From: Terriglobales bacterium
GTDB lineage: Bacteria; Acidobacteriota; Terriglobia; Terriglobales; Acidobacteriaceae
Assembly: GCA_049799615.1 (NCBI GenBank)
Contig: JBARIF010000065.1
Span: forward strand, 1 to 45,270
Direction of reading: 5' to 3'
DNA: 45,270 bases
Shown here one piece after another: positions 1 to 8,899 of this stretch (position 1 is its first letter; each line of letters opens with the position of its first letter). The notes under the pieces were generated by a model that searched no databases, was not told the DNA's origin, and worked only from the letters and a program-made list of their open reading frames with translations. The translations under genes and the position numbers were made by a program.

Positions 1-1
1 G

Positions 2-1255
2 GGCCGTTCCATGGATGAAAGCGGTCACGTCACCTTCCGCTCGGCTCTTCCCGAAGGCCCGGTCAAGCACGATTTTCACGCAGCTTCTGACGGCCAACTG
101 GGTGGAATCATGAAAGTATTTCGCGACTGGCAGATTTCCGGAGACATGGATTGGCTGAAGAAAATGTATCCCTTCGCCAAGCGCAGCCTGGATTACTGCA
201 TACGCACCTGGGATCCGGATCACCGCGGAGGCCTGTTTGAGCCGCATCACAATACTTACGACATCGAATTCTGGGGGCCGGACGGCATGTGCACCAGCAT
301 CTACCTGGGCGCGCTCTCGGCCTTCGCTGAAATGGCGCGGGCCGTCGGCCAAGTTGAAGATGCCAAGTTCTACGAAGACCTGGCCCAACGTTGTGCGCGC
401 TTCATGGATGAACAGCTCTTCAATGGCGAGTATTACCAGCAGAAGGTGCAATACCAGGGTCTGCGAAATACTTCATTCGCATCTCTGGTGGCCCAGGTCG
501 ATGACCACAGCAGCGAAATGCAAAAGCTCCTCAAGCGGGAGGGCCCGAAATACCAATACGGAGAGGGGTGCATCTCTGACGGAGTCATTGGAGCTTGGAT
601 GGCCCGGTTCTACGGGATCGACACTCCGCTTGCCCGTGAAAATGTGCGCACCAATCTACGAGCGATCTTCCAGCACAATTTCAAAACCGACCTCAGCCAG
701 CATGCCAACGCGCAACGCCCCGGCTATGCCATGGGGCATGAACCGGGCCTGTTATTGTGCAGTTGGCCGCGGGGAGGAAAACCCACATTGCCTTTTGTTT
801 ATTCCGACGAAGTCTGGACGGGAATTGAATACCAGGTGGCATCGCATCTTATTGCAGAAGGATTTGTGGAAGAAGGACTGACCATCGTCAAGGCGCTGCG
901 CAGCCGCTATGACGGCAGGGTTCGCAACCCCTGGAATGAATACGAGTGTGGCAACTACTATGCCCGGGCGATGGCCAGCTACGCATTGCTTGGCGCCCTG
1001 TCCGGTTTTCGTTACTCCGCGGTGCAGAAGACGCTCTGGTTCGGTCCGCGGTTAAATGTTCTTCCGTTTAAGACTTTTTTCTCAACGGCCTCCGGCTTTG
1101 GCACGATTACGCTCGATCGCCGATCCCTCAGCATTCAGTTAATTGAAGGCGAACTGCGGCTGGAAAAAATGGTGTTGACCGACCGCACGCAAACCAAGAC
1201 CCTGAATTGGGAAACCACGGTTCGGCCGGGCGCTCCCGCGATCAAGAACATCTGA
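2..1255 (+). CDS. GH116-family beta-glucosidase/glucosylceramidase (GBA2-like), C-terminal catalytic part; 5' partial
   Basis: The frame is open to the window edge (codons GRS precede the first Met at 11). The translation contains NTYDIEFWGPDGMCTSIYLGAL and RNPWNEYECGNYYARAMASYALL, which I recognise as GH116 catalytic-domain signatures. Confidence 0.8.
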   Translation, partial: GRSMDESGHVTFRSALPEGPVKHDFHAASDGQLGGIMKVFRDWQISGDMDWLKKMYPFAKRSLDYCIRTWDPDHRGGLFEPHHNTYDIEFWGPDGMCTSIYLGALSAFAEMARAVGQVEDAKFYEDLAQRCARFMDEQLFNGEYYQQKVQYQGLRNTSFASLVAQVDDHSSEMQKLLKREGPKYQYGEGCISDGVIGAWMARFYGIDTPLARENVRTNLRAIFQHNFKTDLSQHANAQRPGYAMGHEPGLLLCSWPRGGKPTLPFVYSDEVWTGIEYQVASHLIAEGFVEEGLTIVKALRSRYDGRVRNPWNEYECGNYYARAMASYALLGALSGFRYSAVQKTLWFGPRLNVLPFKTFFSTASGFGTITLDRRSLSIQLIEGELRLEKMVLTDRTQTKTLNWETTVRPGAPAIKNI

Positions 1256-1272
1256 ATCGGATTAGGCTACTA

Positions 1273-2922
1273 CTACGATGAGGGTGTGACATGCGCCGGA
1301 ACCCGAAGTTCCTCCGGGGGCTGATGGCGGCCGGTAGCGCTGCCCGAAGCTGGTCCGTAAACGATGGCCCGCACAATCTGTATCTTCTTGCCGGTTGATC
1401 TGGCATCGGCGTCAGAGCGGACCACGATCCGGACGGAATGCTTTCCCGGAGTCAGACCGCTGATATGCCAGTAGTCGTCATCGGTCGTATTCTTGGGGAT
1501 CCAGGCGTCGACTTCACCGACCTTCTGGCCATCAAGGAAAACATCAGCCCGGCCGCCTTCCTGGGTGCATCGGCCCACGATCGCAACCCCTGTGCCGTCG
1601 AATGTCAGGGTTGCCTCTGCACCGGCGGCTCGTGCTTCTTTAAATTTGAGCTGTTCGCCCCAGGGGAGCTTGAGTTTTCCGTTATCGAACTTGCCTTTGA
1701 ACACCCAGGCTGGCTCGCTGAACTCCACCTTGATTCGCGGCGGATCGATGTCCCACTGCTCGAGCGGAGGCGCTTGCGGTTCCTGCAGCGGTATTTCGAT
1801 TTCGGTGGGCGTGACTTTGCCCCCGGCCTCTTCTACGACTTTCAGGGCTCGAGCCTGAGTGCTGGCCACAATCTGATTAAAGGAGTACTGCGTGAAAGAA
1901 AAGCGGGTGTCGGCGATAGCCGGTATCCCGGCTTTCCAAACGTCGGGGATGCGGTCATAGCCGAGCATCACGCCCAGGATACCGGCGGCGCTCGAGGGGT
2001 TGCAGTCCGAATCCTGGCCGGACCGGGTCGCTACCTCTAGCGTTTTGGCGAAGTCTCCCTTGCCGTAGATCAGCCCCAGGGCGACGTACCCTCCATTCAG
2101 CTTGGCGTCGATGTTGAAGGGATCCAGAGCGCCATCCACGCACGCGTCGGCTTTGTCCCACTTGTCCTCGATGAGATGCCAGGTCTTCATCCAGTCGTCG
2201 GGGTTCTCGGCTGACCAGCGGAGGACGTCGCTGATAAGTTTTGCATAGGCGCTTTCTGCCGGAATGGATAGAAGGCCCTGCTCCACGACCTTGCGTGGGT
2301 CATTCTCAAGAAAAGCGGCGGCGTACATGCCGGAGAAGAACATGCCGCCGTACAGCCCGTCGCCCCAGTTCATGACGCGTCCCACCCGGTCCGCGTACTT
2401 GTTGGCCTCGCGGGGAAGGCCGGGAGTCATCATGCCGATGAAGTCCGACTCGATCTGGAAATCGATGTCGTTGGCGTGGATGTTATACTTCGGATTGCCC
2501 GACATAGGTGCCTTGATGCCCCGGTTGAGATTGCGCCGGGCTCCGGCGTTGGCATGCCACAGTTCGTACTGGGAGTTCTTGAACATCTCGCCGTACTGCT
2601 CGGAGGTGGCGTCAAGGCCCACCTTGTCCATGACCTCGGCGAACGTCATCTCTACGTAGAGGTCATCCTGGTCGATCGCGTTCTTGAGCCTCGCCGGAGA
2701 CCAGTCGAGATATTTGTTCAGGTTGCCCTCGATGATCTTGCCGTTCGAACGAAACTCGGTGGGAGCGCCGTAGGAAACGCCGATCATCTGCCCCGCCCAC
2801 CCACCGCGGATCTTGTCCTCAAGCGTGGCGCGCGAAAGGCGGCGCGAGGTCGCGTTTTGGGCGTCCACGGACGTGCATACGAGTGCGACACACAGGGTCA
2901 AGGCGGTCAGGGCGATACGCAT
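1273..2922 (-). CDS. Exported ADP-ribosylglycohydrolase (ARH/DraG)-fold protein with extra C-terminal beta-rich domain
   Basis: 549-aa ORF with a Sec-type signal (MRIALTALTLCVALVCTSVDAQ). ARH-family motifs are GGWAGQMIGVSYGAPTEF, IDQDDLYVEM and SGQDSDCNPSSAAGILG. The C-terminal ~170 aa (ATLTFDGTGVAIVG...ADVFLDGQKVG) looks like a beta-sandwich. Confidence 0.8.
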   Translation of the reverse strand: MRIALTALTLCVALVCTSVDAQNATSRRLSRATLEDKIRGGWAGQMIGVSYGAPTEFRSNGKIIEGNLNKYLDWSPARLKNAIDQDDLYVEMTFAEVMDKVGLDATSEQYGEMFKNSQYELWHANAGARRNLNRGIKAPMSGNPKYNIHANDIDFQIESDFIGMMTPGLPREANKYADRVGRVMNWGDGLYGGMFFSGMYAAAFLENDPRKVVEQGLLSIPAESAYAKLISDVLRWSAENPDDWMKTWHLIEDKWDKADACVDGALDPFNIDAKLNGGYVALGLIYGKGDFAKTLEVATRSGQDSDCNPSSAAGILGVMLGYDRIPDVWKAGIPAIADTRFSFTQYSFNQIVASTQARALKVVEEAGGKVTPTEIEIPLQEPQAPPLEQWDIDPPRIKVEFSEPAWVFKGKFDNGKLKLPWGEQLKFKEARAAGAEATLTFDGTGVAIVGRCTQEGGRADVFLDGQKVGEVDAWIPKNTTDDDYWHISGLTPGKHSVRIVVRSDADARSTGKKIQIVRAIVYGPASGSATGRHQPPEELRVPAHVTPSS

Positions 2923-2994
2923 TGTTGAATTCCTCCGGAAGGTTTCAGGACCATACCATTTCCATGCCAGTTTTGTGAATGATTGCCTGAGGCC

Positions 2995-3190
2995 GGTAGT
3001 GGCTCAATTTGAAAACCGTCCCTTTCCAGCGGCGTCATCCTGAGGGACTTCAGTCCCGAAGGATCTGGCGTGCATCCGCCGCAACGCAGGGGTAAAGAGT
3101 GTATCTGCTTCACGCCAGATCCTTCACGGCCTGAAGGCCGTTCAGGATGACGCCTGTGGGTAAGGAGAAATTTCAAACTGAGCCACTACC
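2995..3190. repeat. 196-bp imperfect palindromic (REP/MITE-like) element made of two inverted ~78-bp arms
   Basis: GGTAGTGGCTCAATTTGAAA (2995-3014) pairs with TTTCAAACTGAGCCACTACC (3171-3190) with 1 mismatch. GGCGTCATCCTGA (3031-3043) pairs with TCAGGATGACGCC (3142-3154). GAAGGATCTGGCGTG (3058-3072) pairs with CACGCCAGATCCTTC (3111-3125). The central loop is 38 nt. A partial third copy lies at 32014-32067. Confidence 0.75.
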
Positions 3191-3246
3191 CTCAAGCCAC
3201 AGAACGGCGCCGCCGACACTTCCGGAGCCGATTGATTTTTTTCGCG

Positions 3247-5013
3247 CTACTTTTTCGCCCAGCCTTTGGAAGGCACGATCCCAGCCCCTTCACGCAAGGT
3301 CACCAACTGATTGGCCCCAACCTCCTTGAACTTCTCATGCAGACCGTTTGGCCAAAAGACTTCAATATCAACCACATTAGAAGTGCCGAGACCGAAATGC
3401 AGCCGCGGGTCATTGCAGGAATAAAAGCTGGCCTGACTAAGCACAGCCTGGACTTGAACCTTGCCGTCATAGCGAACCAGAACGCGGGCACCGATGGCGC
3501 TGCGGTTCGACTTGACTCCGTCGCACTTCACTTTGATCCAGTTTTGCCTGCCTTTCACATCGTTTCGTAAGAGGGAAGGCGGTTCGTTGAGATTCACAAT
3601 CAGGATATCCAGGTCGCCATCGTTGTCGAAATCTCCAAACGCACATCCCCGACTGCAGTGGGCGTCGGTCACTCCCGGGCCCGCTTCCTGCCCCAACTCC
3701 TCGAAGGTGCGATTGCCCAGGTTACGAAACACCACACGTGGAGTCTTGTTCGCGTATTGCGGCAACTTGCGCTCGATTTCGGGATACACGTTGCCGGTCA
3801 CCATGAAAATATCAGGATAGCCATCGTTGTCGAGATCCATCATGCCGGCGCCCCAGCAGACGTAGCGGGTCTCGACCGCGAGAAGCGAGGAACGAGTGAG
3901 TTCGTCGAAATTTCCCTTGCCGTCGTTGTGATAAAGGCCGTTGGCATCATCCGCGAAGTGGGTCTTGAAGAGATCCAGATGGCCGTCGAGATCGTAGTCG
4001 CCGACACCGACACCCATCCCGGCTTGCTCCATGCCGTCGTCGCTGAGGGCCACTCCGCGGAGCACACCTTCCTCACGGAAGGTTCCGTCATGATTGTTCA
4101 TGAACAACAGGCTGGGTGTGGAATCGCAGGCGACGAAAATGTCCGTCCAGCCATCCTCATCGAGATCCGCGGCGACCACCGTCATCCCGTAGCTTTGGGT
4201 CGCCTTCGCGATCCCTGCCTGCTGGCTGACGTCGGTAAACGTACCGTCGCCATTATTGCGGTACAAGGAATGTCTCCCCGTGGGCATTCCGACGGGCCCG
4301 CATTCCACGGGAATACCCCTCCAGTTGCAGTTCGGGTTCTCTCCTGGAACCGGGGCGTGCTCGAAAGAGAAGCGTACGTAATTGGAAACGAACAAATCGA
4401 GATTCCCATCCCGGTTGTAGTCAAGGAAACTGCATCCCGCTCCCCAGCGTGGCGCATCGTTCCAAAGGCCGGCACTCTTGGTCACATCGGTAAACGTTCC
4501 GTCCCCGTTGTTGCGGTAGAGACGGTTTTGCCCGAAGCAGGTACAAAAAATATCCTCGAATCCGTCGTTGTTGTAGTCGCCGATGCAAACGGCGGAGGCC
4601 CAGCCCGTTGCCTTCAAACCGGCTTTTTCCGTGACGTCGGTGAAGGTGCCGTCGCGATTGTTCTGGTAAAGGCGATTGGTGGCGTCCGGCGGATCTTCCG
4701 TGAGGCGGGTGCCCGATAGCAAAAAGATATCCATCCAACCATCGTTGTCGTAATCGATGAAGGCACAACCACAACCAGTGGATTCCAGAATGTATTTCTT
4801 GCTGTCCACTCCGCCGTAGATGGTGGACGATTGGAGCCCGGCAGAAGATGCCACATCCACGAAATGGGCATCGAAGGGGCGACCCGAGGGTGCTGGCCGC
4901 GCCTCGGGTTTGGCTGTGTGCACCGCAACCCCTTGCGCCAGCAGCCGCGGAGCTGTGGTGAAGGCCGCCGATGCGAGAGAAATTCGCACAAAAGTGCGGC
5001 GGGTAAAGATCAA
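3247..5013 (-). CDS. CRTAC1-family FG-GAP/VCBS repeat protein with C-terminal ASPIC/UnbV domain, TAT-type signal
   Basis: The N-terminus MIFTRRTFVRISLASAAFT is twin-arginine-like. The motif Y(R/Q)NNGDGTFTDVT recurs with DYDNDGWxDIF-type calcium-binding loops. The C-terminus is NRSAIGARVLVRY...LHFGLG...VFWPNG (UnbV_ASPIC). Confidence 0.85.
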   Translation of the reverse strand: MIFTRRTFVRISLASAAFTTAPRLLAQGVAVHTAKPEARPAPSGRPFDAHFVDVASSAGLQSSTIYGGVDSKKYILESTGCGCAFIDYDNDGWMDIFLLSGTRLTEDPPDATNRLYQNNRDGTFTDVTEKAGLKATGWASAVCIGDYNNDGFEDIFCTCFGQNRLYRNNGDGTFTDVTKSAGLWNDAPRWGAGCSFLDYNRDGNLDLFVSNYVRFSFEHAPVPGENPNCNWRGIPVECGPVGMPTGRHSLYRNNGDGTFTDVSQQAGIAKATQSYGMTVVAADLDEDGWTDIFVACDSTPSLLFMNNHDGTFREEGVLRGVALSDDGMEQAGMGVGVGDYDLDGHLDLFKTHFADDANGLYHNDGKGNFDELTRSSLLAVETRYVCWGAGMMDLDNDGYPDIFMVTGNVYPEIERKLPQYANKTPRVVFRNLGNRTFEELGQEAGPGVTDAHCSRGCAFGDFDNDGDLDILIVNLNEPPSLLRNDVKGRQNWIKVKCDGVKSNRSAIGARVLVRYDGKVQVQAVLSQASFYSCNDPRLHFGLGTSNVVDIEVFWPNGLHEKFKEVGANQLVTLREGAGIVPSKGWAKK

Positions 5014-5153
5014 TGCGATTGTTTCTCCATCGGCGGAATTTATTTTCTGTCAGCTTGTAAGGCTGGGAGCTTCGTAGAGGCTCTCGCCCGCATTATAGAG
5101 CGCTCCTGGGTGGCCCCAGAAGCCGGTTTCTTTGACGTGCATACAAGCACGGG

Positions 5154-5182
5154 TGGACATAACGGTTGAAACGTTTTATATT
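5154..5182 (+). promoter_or_regulatory. Putative sigma70-type promoter TGGACA-N17-TATATT with embedded TTGAAACGTTTTAT operator-like site (5166-5179)
   Basis: TGGACA lies at 5154-5159 and TATATT at 5177-5182, with an exact 17-nt spacer. AGGAG at 5209-5213 precedes the ATG at 5221. The motif is shared with 8883-8896, 8922-8935 and 22089-22102. Confidence 0.35.
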
Positions 5183-5220
5183 GCCATGCCGTAAACCGCT
5201 TGTCCAACAGGAGCGCACTC

Positions 5221-7392
5221 ATGAGTTTCAAAATCATGCCATTCGTCGCCGCCATGCTGCTGGCTGCAGCCACGATCTCACCAGCCCAGGACTCCCACTT
5301 TCGTCCCGAGCAGCAGCAAATCCCGACGCCCAGCTGCCTCATCATGAAAGGAGCATGGGAGGGCGGATCGACGGCTTGCGGCCCGGATGAGCACGCTACA
5401 TGGTTGGCGGACATTAGGCACTGGCGCGATGAACGTCGCATTCGCATTGGGTATGACGGCTCGCGCTACGACCTGCCGGCGCTGAAGTGGACGCAGTCAA
5501 GCTTTTTCCAGCCGCAGATGATGGTGGAAGACCGCTATTTCTACGACCCCGTGGCCCATCACTACACCGTGGATCGTTACCTTGATGATCTGGAGAAGAG
5601 ATATGGCGGGATTGATGCCGTGCTCATCTGGCCGACGTATCCGAATATGGGTATCGATAACCGGAACCAGCACGACTTGATCCGCAGCATGCCGGGAGGG
5701 ATACCCGGAGTGCGCCAGATGATTAGTGACTTCCACCGTCGCGGTGTGCGCGTTCTGTTCCCCATGATGATGTGGGACCAGGGCACCCGGGATCCCGGGA
5801 TGCCGTGGCCCCAGGCCATCGCCGAACTGATGGCTGAAGTGGGCGCCGACGGCATCAACGGGGACACGCAAGACGGAGTGCCGTTGGCGTTTTCTCTGGC
5901 GGCGGACAAGATTGGTCACCCGCTTGCTTTCGAACCGGAAGGGGGACCCTCGGACGAAGCGCTGGCCTGGAACGTCATGACGTGGGGACAGTACAAATTT
6001 CCCTTTGTGCCCATGGTGGACAAGTACAAGTGGCTCGAACCCCGTCACATGGTCAACATTTCGGACCGCTGGAACCGCGACAAGACGGATGACCTGCAAT
6101 TCGGATTCTTCAACGGCGTGGGCTGGGAATCCTGGGAGAATATCTGGGGCATCTGGAACGGGATCACGCCGCGCGATGCAGAAGCCACGCGCCGCGTGGC
6201 TACGATGGAGCGCGCGTTGGCTCCATTCCTCATCAGCAGCGGCTGGGAGCCGCTGACGCCGATGTTGCGATATGGCATATTTGCCAGCCGCTGGCCGTCC
6301 GGTGCACAAACCGTATGGACCATTGTGAACCGCAACGAATACAACGTGGATGGTCCACAGGTTGAACTGGCGCCGGAAGATGGCATGCGCTATTTCGATC
6401 TTTATCACGGGGTCGAGCTCACCCCCGCGAAAAACCAGTCGGGCAAGCTGGTGCTGAGCTTCGACATCGAAGCTCACGGCTACGGGGCAGTGCTGGCCTC
6501 ACCCACTGCTCCCGACGCCGGCATCCAGAAGTTAATGTCGAAGATGAAGGAATTAAGTGCGAAAGCGCTGGCCACCTACTCCCATGAGTGGACGGTGTTG
6601 CCGCAGCACATCGTGCCGATTGCTGCAACCCGGCCGCCCTCGGGGTCACCTCCTGATATGGTCAAGATTCCAGAGGCAGACTTTCAGTTCCGCCTTGAAG
6701 GGATTGAAATCGAAGGCTTCAATGATGTCGGGGTTGATGTGCAATATCCCTGGGAGGATTCCCCGCGGCGTTTCCACGACCATCCCATGCACATCAAATC
6801 TTTCTGGATCGATAAGTACCCGGTCACCAACGCGCAGTTCAAGAAGTTTCTCGATGCGGCGCACTACCATCCGCAGGACGATCTGAATTTCCTCCGCGAC
6901 TGGCAGAACGGGAAATATCCCGATGGATGGGACAACAAGCCTGTGACCTGGGTGTCGCTGGAGGATGCGCGTGCCTATGCTGCCTGGGCGGGCAAGCGTC
7001 TGCCGCACGAATGGGAGTGGCAATACGCGGCCCAGGGTACGGATGGCCGTCTCTATCCCTGGGGTGACACCTGGAGAGCGGACGCGGTTCCGGTGCCCGA
7101 CAAGAGCCGCACCATGCGCGGACCCGATGCGGTCGATGCGCATCCCCAGGGCGCAAGCCCATTCGGGGTCATGGACTTAGTAGGAAATGTCTGGCAGTGG
7201 ACGGAAGAATTCCAGGATGAACACACCAGCGGAGGCATTCTGCGGGGAGGCAGTTACTATGAACCGCAAGGGTCTATCTGGTACTTCCCCCAGGCCTACA
7301 AACTCAACCAGCACGGCAAACTTCTGATGACGGCGCCGAGCATGGATCGATCGGGAGGACTGGGATTTCGTTGCGCCCAAGATGCGGAATAG
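5221..7392 (+). CDS. Exported fusion protein: N-terminal glycoside-hydrolase-like (TIM-barrel-like, uncertain) region plus C-terminal FGE-sulfatase (SUMF1/PF03781) domain
   Basis: The signal peptide is MSFKIMPFVAAMLLAAATISPAQ. The track ORF starts at a TTG at 5200; the ATG at 5221 has an SD. The C-terminal ~270 aa contains FWIDKYPVTNAQFKKFL, VTWVSLEDARAYAAWAGKRLPHEWEWQYAA, YPWGD, NVWQWT, LRGGSY and GFRCA. Confidence 0.75.
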   Translation: MSFKIMPFVAAMLLAAATISPAQDSHFRPEQQQIPTPSCLIMKGAWEGGSTACGPDEHATWLADIRHWRDERRIRIGYDGSRYDLPALKWTQSSFFQPQMMVEDRYFYDPVAHHYTVDRYLDDLEKRYGGIDAVLIWPTYPNMGIDNRNQHDLIRSMPGGIPGVRQMISDFHRRGVRVLFPMMMWDQGTRDPGMPWPQAIAELMAEVGADGINGDTQDGVPLAFSLAADKIGHPLAFEPEGGPSDEALAWNVMTWGQYKFPFVPMVDKYKWLEPRHMVNISDRWNRDKTDDLQFGFFNGVGWESWENIWGIWNGITPRDAEATRRVATMERALAPFLISSGWEPLTPMLRYGIFASRWPSGAQTVWTIVNRNEYNVDGPQVELAPEDGMRYFDLYHGVELTPAKNQSGKLVLSFDIEAHGYGAVLASPTAPDAGIQKLMSKMKELSAKALATYSHEWTVLPQHIVPIAATRPPSGSPPDMVKIPEADFQFRLEGIEIEGFNDVGVDVQYPWEDSPRRFHDHPMHIKSFWIDKYPVTNAQFKKFLDAAHYHPQDDLNFLRDWQNGKYPDGWDNKPVTWVSLEDARAYAAWAGKRLPHEWEWQYAAQGTDGRLYPWGDTWRADAVPVPDKSRTMRGPDAVDAHPQGASPFGVMDLVGNVWQWTEEFQDEHTSGGILRGGSYYEPQGSIWYFPQAYKLNQHGKLLMTAPSMDRSGGLGFRCAQDAE

Positions 7393-7663
7393 CTGGGGCC
7401 ACGAGTGTTGAGACGCCTTTATTCCGGCATAACAATGACGTCACGCCAGAGCACATTAGTCTGCCCCCGCCTTATCTACCTGCGGAGAAGTAACAGGCGA
7501 GGCGGGGGCGCAGCCGGGTAGAGCCAATGTTTCCCGCTCAGAATTCCCGTGCGATTAGATCCAAGACAGCTTTTGTGGTTTCCGGTTGTCCCGGGCTCCC
7601 CCAGATCAGATAAACCTGCACCCTGTTATAGTTGTAAGCTTTAGCGTGAGCGTCCCCACCACA

Positions 7664-8719
7664 ATGCGACAAATCGCCGAACGGGCCGATGTTTCGATCG
7701 GCACGGTTTCGCACGTCATAAACGGGACGGCGAAAGTGCGGGACAAATTGCGGCTGCGGGTTCTCGAAGCTATTCGGAGCCTGGGATACCACCCGAGCCA
7801 ACTAGGTCGTGGCCTCCGGCGTAATCAAACCAGCATGCTGGGGATGATTATCCCCGATGTCACAAACCCCTTCTTCCCGGCGGTGGTGCGAGGCGTGGAA
7901 GATGTCGCGTATAAGCGTTCCTACCGGGTCGTACTCTGCAACACCGATAACGATCCCAAGAAAGAGATTTCTTATCTCAACGACTTGCGGGCTTATCGTC
8001 CAGCCGGACTACTGGTGATTCCAGCGGCGGAAAGTCACATTACAACTCTGCTCCGGTCGGTGGCAAGCTCAGGCCCCCCGGTGGTCTGCATTGATCGCCG
8101 TCCGACGGGCTGGAATGGAGATGTTGTGGTGGTGGCCAATGAAGAGGGGTCGTATGCGGCGACCCAGCACCTATTGCGTATGGGCCACCGACATCTTGGG
8201 GTGATTACCGGGCCTTTCCACCTGACCAACGCGGTTGAGCGGCTAAAAGGGTTTCGACGCGCGCTCGCCGAAGAACGCGTGCCCATTGAGCCAGAATACA
8301 TTCAGGAGGCGCGTTTCGACCGTCCCAGCGGACATCAGGCCGCGCTGCGGTTGCTCCGGATGGTGCCCCGACCCACGGCCATTTTTGCCTGCAACGATTT
8401 GATGGCGCTGGGAGTAATGCTCGCGGCCCGCGAGTTGAACCTGCGGTGTCCCGATGACTTGTCGATCGTGGGCTTTGACAATCTGGATTTCGCCGAGTTC
8501 ACGGATCCGGCACTGACCACGGTGCACCAGCCCGGTTATCAACTTGGAGCAACCGCCGCCCGGCTCTTGCTGGAGCGAATTGATGGCTCGAAACAGCGCA
8601 TGAAGAAGGTGGTATTGTCCACGGAGTTAAAAGTTCGGCACTCGGCAGCCCCTCCCCGGGAGATCGCCCCGGCAGCGCGACGGAAACAGTCGTACGATCA
8701 GAAGGTTGGCGTGAGCTGA
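7664..8719 (+). CDS. LacI/GalR-family transcriptional regulator
   Basis: The N-terminal HTH is MRQIAERADVSIGTVSHVINGTAKVRDKLRLRVLEAIRSLGYHPSQLGRGLR. A periplasmic-binding-fold sugar domain follows (IIPDVTNPFF, ACNDLMALG, SIVGFDN). I prefer the ATG at 7664 over the upstream extension at 7586. Confidence 0.9.
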   Translation: MRQIAERADVSIGTVSHVINGTAKVRDKLRLRVLEAIRSLGYHPSQLGRGLRRNQTSMLGMIIPDVTNPFFPAVVRGVEDVAYKRSYRVVLCNTDNDPKKEISYLNDLRAYRPAGLLVIPAAESHITTLLRSVASSGPPVVCIDRRPTGWNGDVVVVANEEGSYAATQHLLRMGHRHLGVITGPFHLTNAVERLKGFRRALAEERVPIEPEYIQEARFDRPSGHQAALRLLRMVPRPTAIFACNDLMALGVMLAARELNLRCPDDLSIVGFDNLDFAEFTDPALTTVHQPGYQLGATAARLLLERIDGSKQRMKKVVLSTELKVRHSAAPPREIAPAARRKQSYDQKVGVS

Positions 8720-8869
8720 CCGCTCTAGAGTTCCTGGTGTTTTTTCCTCCTGAAACCCCTGCTCAAGAAACTTTGAGGCCATAGCAACCGGATTGCACTT
8801 TGGCAAGGTGGGGTGGGACTCCTAGTCAGAGGCTCTGACGAAAACTCGCCAAGGCCATCCAAAAAGTTC

Positions 8870-8899
8870 TTGACAAAGTATTTTGAAACGATTTAAGGT
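8870..8899 (+). promoter_or_regulatory. Putative promoter: perfect -35 TTGACA (8870-8875), weak -10 TAAGGT (8894-8899, 18-nt spacer), overlapped by repeat copy 1
   Basis: Hexamers were read directly from the sequence. The site lies upstream of the TPR/TonB-receptor genes. The -10 assignment is weak. Confidence 0.35.

Noticed and set aside
237-881. 214-aa alternative-frame + strand ORF inside the GH116 gene.
   Set aside because: It is out of frame with a confidently recognised GH116 catalytic domain. Its composition (Ser/Arg/Thr-rich) is non-protein-like.
2907-3329. Small ORFs 2907-3176(-) and 3147-3329(+) covering the palindromic element.
   Set aside because: They are generated by translating the two arms of the 196-bp inverted repeat. 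Such repeat-derived peptides are a known annotation artefact.
3658-4719. 353-aa + strand ORF antisense to the FG-GAP/UnbV gene. Similar long antisense ORFs lie at 5497-6477, 11687-12553, 34389-35120, 38662-39576, 41891-42526, 43687-44373 and 44536-45177.
   Set aside because: Each lies fully inside a gene with strong family motifs on the other strand. The translations are Arg/Gly/Pro/His-rich and low in complexity, which is typical of shadow ORFs in high-GC DNA. None has an SD or a recognisable motif.
7463-7509. 9-bp GC stem (GCCCCCGCC / GGCGGGGGC) with a 29-nt loop between the FGE-fusion gene and the LacI gene.
   Set aside because: The loop is large and there is no U-tract. It may be a weak terminator or a chance GC palindrome, so I did not list it as a feature.
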